Assembly (NCBI GenBank): GCA_902532475.1
Contig: CACAIE010000001.1
Coordinates: 19,062 to 83,061, forward strand
Origin: an uncultured SAR116 cluster alpha proteobacterium
GTDB lineage: Bacteria; Pseudomonadota; Alphaproteobacteria; Puniceispirillales; GCA-002684695
Direction: 5' to 3'
DNA length: 64,000 bases
In this document: piece after piece, positions 61,323 through 64,000 of the stretch
Layout: every line of letters begins with the position of its first letter
Numbering within the stretch: the first letter of the stretch is position 1
The notes under the pieces: model-generated
Told to the model about the DNA's origin: nothing
Databases searched by the model: none
What the model saw: only the letters and a program-made list of their open reading frames with translations
Made by a program: the position numbers and the translations under genes

Positions 61323-61940
61323 CTAATTGCCTGCCTTTAAATTTTTAAAATCATCAGATTGAGAGATTTGATCTGAGATATTTTTCGATATAATTCTTTC
61401 CTTAATATTAATTCCAGATACCTTTTTCGAAATAGAAACAGCAATATCGGTAGATATTAGTGTAATATTTTTTAAACTCTTGTTTTTAGCATCTGATATA
61501 TTTTTCTCTGCATCTAAAAGGTTTTTTGTTAATCTTTCTTTGGCTTTCTTTTCAGTCTCTTGAAGTTTAAGTTTAGTTTTTTCAATAGCATCCTTAACTA
61601 TTTTATTAGCTTTGTTTTTTGCGCTTGATATAGACTTTTCTTGGCTAATCTTGCTGTTTTCTGCTTCTTCACGAGCAGATTTTGCAGAAAATAAATCAGC
61701 ACTTATTCTCTCTTTTCTCTGATTTAAAATTTCAGATAGTTTAGGTGTTATAAAAAATTTAAGAACAAGAAATGTAAATCCAAAAGTTAATATTAACCAA
61801 AAAATTAAACTTGGGTATGTGCTCACATCAAGTTGAGGCATTCCTTCTTTATCTTTACTTGCCGAAAAAGCATTGAATGTATTAAATAAGCATAAAGAGT
61901 AAATATAAAATTTAATAGTTTTGAACACTAAACGTTCCAA
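61323..61940 (-). CDS. F-type ATP synthase Fo subunit b' with an in-frame N-terminal extension
   Basis: The canonical b' start MPQLDVSTYPSLIFWL is at ATG 61841. The ORF continues 33 codons upstream to TTG 61940 and encodes a signal-peptide-like segment (see findings). The start is uncertain. Confidence 0.8.
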   Translation of the reverse strand: MERLVFKTIKFYIYSLCLFNTFNAFSASKDKEGMPQLDVSTYPSLIFWLILTFGFTFLVLKFFITPKLSEILNQRKERISADLFSAKSAREEAENSKISQEKSISSAKNKANKIVKDAIEKTKLKLQETEKKAKERLTKNLLDAEKNISDAKNKSLKNITLISTDIAVSISKKVSGINIKERIISKNISDQISQSDDFKNLKAGN

Positions 61941-61958
61941 TTAATTAATTAAAATTTA

Positions 61959-62186
61959 CTAGAATGCAAAAAGAATTAAGAATGCGACCACTAATCCAAA
62001 AAGTCCTGTGGCTTCCACTAATGCAAAATAAAGAAATGCTATGGCTCTTAATTCTCCAGACATAGATGGATTTCTAGCCATACTATTTACAATTCCTGAA
62101 AAAAGCACCCCAAGACCAACTGCCGCTCCTAAAAGTGGTGCTACTGCTAATCCTGCCGCTATAAGTTTTGCTGCTTCTGTTTCCAT
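61959..62186 (-). CDS. atpE: F-type ATP synthase Fo subunit c
   Basis: 75 aa with a two-helix hairpin, an MARNP loop and a conserved ion-binding Glu in LVEATGL. Confidence 0.95.
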   Translation of the reverse strand: METEAAKLIAAGLAVAPLLGAAVGLGVLFSGIVNSMARNPSMSGELRAIAFLYFALVEATGLFGLVVAFLILFAF

Positions 62187-62217
62187 TTTTTTCTCTCCAA
62201 AGTTAATATAGTTGATG

Positions 62218-63090
62218 TTAATGGTGAAGGTTTAATGCATCATTTAAATAAATGCATGTTAAAACTGTAAATACATATGCTTGAAGTACTGCAACTAACA
62301 CTTCAAGAGCTGTCATGCCAATTATTGCTGCAATTGGAAGAATCGCAACAGGTGCTAGATAAATGCTACCTGAGCCAATTAACATCACCGCAAGACCGCC
62401 AAAAACTTTTAATAGTGTATGTCCGGCAAGCATATTTGCAAACAACCTAACAGATAAACTGATTGGTCTAATACAATAAGAAATTAATTCAATCACAAAT
62501 AAAAGTGGCTGGAGAATCAATGGTGTTCCTGAAGGTAAAAATAAAGATAAAAATCCAAAACCATGACGTACAATGCCAATAATGGTTACAGATAAAAAAA
62601 TTACTATTGCCATAAAGAAAGTGATTATTATTTGACTGGTAAATGTATAGCTGTAAGGAAGCATGCCTAAAAGATTTCCAAACAAAACTAATAGAAAAAG
62701 TGTAAAAATAAATGAAAAATATGGCCTGCCAGAATCCCCTGTATTTTCTAAAAGAAGATTTTCAACAAATTCAAAAATCATTTCAGAAATAGCTTGTAAT
62801 TTCCCTGGGACAGTTTCTGCGGCTCTGACCCCAAATCCTAAAATTATCAAAGGAACTATAGATGCTAAAACCATAAAAAGAGAAGCATTAGTAAAGGAGA
62901 TATCAAATCCAAAAAATGGATCTTTTATTTCAAATATTGTTTTTACTACAAATTGCTCTATTGGAGAATGCATTGAAGAACCACTAGCGAATAGGTAATT
63001 TGGTATTAAAATAAAATTAAACACAGAAAAGATAAATAAAGTGATATTATACATCGGGTTTTTCAAATATTTATTCACTTTTATTTTCAT
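62218..63090 (-). CDS. atpB: F-type ATP synthase Fo subunit a with an N-terminal extension
   Basis: Conserved LSVRLFANMLAGH (essential Arg) and the C-terminal helices. Candidate starts are GTG 63123, ATG 63090, ATG 63054 and ATG 62973. I list 63090, which overlaps the atpI end by 20 nt. Confidence 0.88.
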   Translation of the reverse strand: MKIKVNKYLKNPMYNITLFIFSVFNFILIPNYLFASGSSMHSPIEQFVVKTIFEIKDPFFGFDISFTNASLFMVLASIVPLIILGFGVRAAETVPGKLQAISEMIFEFVENLLLENTGDSGRPYFSFIFTLFLLVLFGNLLGMLPYSYTFTSQIIITFFMAIVIFLSVTIIGIVRHGFGFLSLFLPSGTPLILQPLLFVIELISYCIRPISLSVRLFANMLAGHTLLKVFGGLAVMLIGSGSIYLAPVAILPIAAIIGMTALEVLVAVLQAYVFTVLTCIYLNDALNLHH

Positions 63091-63370
63091 AGATGTTTTT
63101 TTTCCAAATTGTGTAAATACCACTTATACCACCCAAAAAAATTCCTAATATAATAAACAAAGGTGAAGTTAGAAGAAATAGGTCAATATAGTAACCAACA
63201 AAACCTCCAATCAAAAAGCCAAGAATTAATTCAAAAAGTGTTCTAATGCCATAACTGTATTCTTTAGCATTTGACTTTGGTTTATTCTTGAGGTTATCAA
63301 CTAAATTGCTCTCTACCTTCTCAATTCTTTCACTTAAATTGTTTAATAATCTTTTATTATTTTTTTGCAA
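63071..63370 (-). CDS. atpI: ATP synthase protein I (AtpI/AtpZ family)
   Basis: TTG start, 99 aa. Two TM helices (LILGFLIGGFVGYYID, LFIILGIFLGGISGIY). First gene of the Fo operon. Confidence 0.75.
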   Translation of the reverse strand: MQKNNKRLLNNLSERIEKVESNLVDNLKNKPKSNAKEYSYGIRTLFELILGFLIGGFVGYYIDLFLLTSPLFIILGIFLGGISGIYTIWKKNIYENKSE

Positions 63371-63463
63371 TTACAAGTTAACTTAACTATTAAATTATAC
63401 ATTAATTACCTGTTCGCAAACTAAAACTCGATTGCAATTATGTCAAGTCGATAAAGTTATTTT

Positions 63464-64000
63464 TTATGCAGTTTCTTTTAGGTCAATAGCTTTTTCTAGG
63501 TTTACAGAAACTAGTTGGCTGACACCTTTTTCCGACATTGTCACACCATAAAGTCTATCCATTCTTGCCATTGTAAGTCTGTGATGCGTGATTATCATAA
63601 ACCTAGTATTAGTTTGAAGTTTTATTTCATCAAGTAAATCACAAAACCTTGCCACATTAGTATCATCTAAAGGAGCATCAACTTCGTCCAAAATACATAT
63701 TGGTGAAGGGTTTGTTAAAAAGACAGCAAATAATAATGCTATAGCTGTTAAGGCTTTTTCGCCGCCAGATAAAAGTGATAAAGTCTGTAATTTTTTCCCA
63801 GGTGGTCTTGCCATAATTTCTAAGCCCGAGTTTAAAGGGTCATTTTCATTGGTAAACTGTAATTTGGCTTCACCACCCCCGTACAACTTTTTAAAAATTT
63901 TTTCGAATTCACTTTGAACTTTATTAAAAGCAACCAAAATCCTTTCCTTACCTTCTCTGTTTAAAGTTTTTATACCATCTCTCAATTTATTAATTGCACT
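63464..64000 (-). CDS. smc: Chromosome segregation protein SMC, C-terminal ATPase head; the 5' part lies outside the window
   Basis: The frame is open to base 64000; the listed M at 63985 is an internal [21 protein letters not shown] (signature) and [14 protein letters not shown] (Walker B) motifs. Confidence 0.92.
   Translation of the reverse strand, partial: SAINKLRDGIKTLNREGKERILVAFNKVQSEFEKIFKKLYGGGEAKLQFTNENDPLNSGLEIMARPPGKKLQTLSLLSGGEKALTAIALLFAVFLTNPSPICILDEVDAPLDDTNVARFCDLLDEIKLQTNTRFMIITHHRLTMARMDRLYGVTMSEKGVSQLVSVNLEKAIDLKETA

Overview
The window is visibly AT-rich (GC not computed) and very gene-dense. It holds about 64 protein genes and one tRNA. Most spacers are under 150 bp, and many neighbouring genes overlap by 1-23 nt. 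Gene content and order fit a streamlined free-living alphaproteobacterium, possibly SAR11/Pelagibacterales-like. That assignment is inference from composition, the atpI-B-E-F'-F order, the ctaC-D-B-(small ORF)-G-E-surf1 order, a DUF2497/PopZ-like gene, a short-type argC and a plant-type gshA.

The content is mostly core housekeeping:
- Transport: two RND efflux loci (one truncated by the window edge) plus AEC, DMT and MFS permeases.
- Central metabolism: glpD, ald, upp and a zwf-edd pair.
- Quinone and redox: tRNA-Leu(CAA)-yqaA-dsbB-coq7, ubiA, a DsbD/ScsB-like reductase and a Prx5-type peroxiredoxin.
- Information processing: ribF-ileS-lspA-lipoprotein-mutL, rsmD, rluB-like, tadA, xseA, rsmE and gluQ.
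- Lipid A core: a DUF374-waaA-lpxK-lpxL operon divergent from msbA.
- Other: pmbA and tldD, argC, gshA, thrC, thrB, rnhA, ispH, a complete aa3 cytochrome oxidase cluster with assembly genes, the Fo ATP synthase operon and the 3' end of smc.

At least six genes need a TTG start to keep conserved N-termini: glpD, ald, HNH, the DUF3035 lipoprotein, surf1 and atpI.

I saw no integrase, transposase, phage, CRISPR, toxin-antitoxin or recognisable defence genes, and I found no convincing novel multi-gene system. The best leads are:
1. A 213-bp convergent spacer at 18028-18240, an outlier for this window, with a strong minus-strand terminator hairpin and a possible small RNA exposing a CCUCCC motif.
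2. A small secreted protein built from three cadherin-like, roughly 95-aa repeats behind a Ser/Thr-rich linker.
3. Signal-peptide-like in-frame extensions on ATP synthase subunits a and b'.
4. A YqaA-family gene whose conserved N-terminal region has no canonical start codon and abuts the tRNA.
5. An uncharacterised 262-aa ORF translationally coupled to argC.
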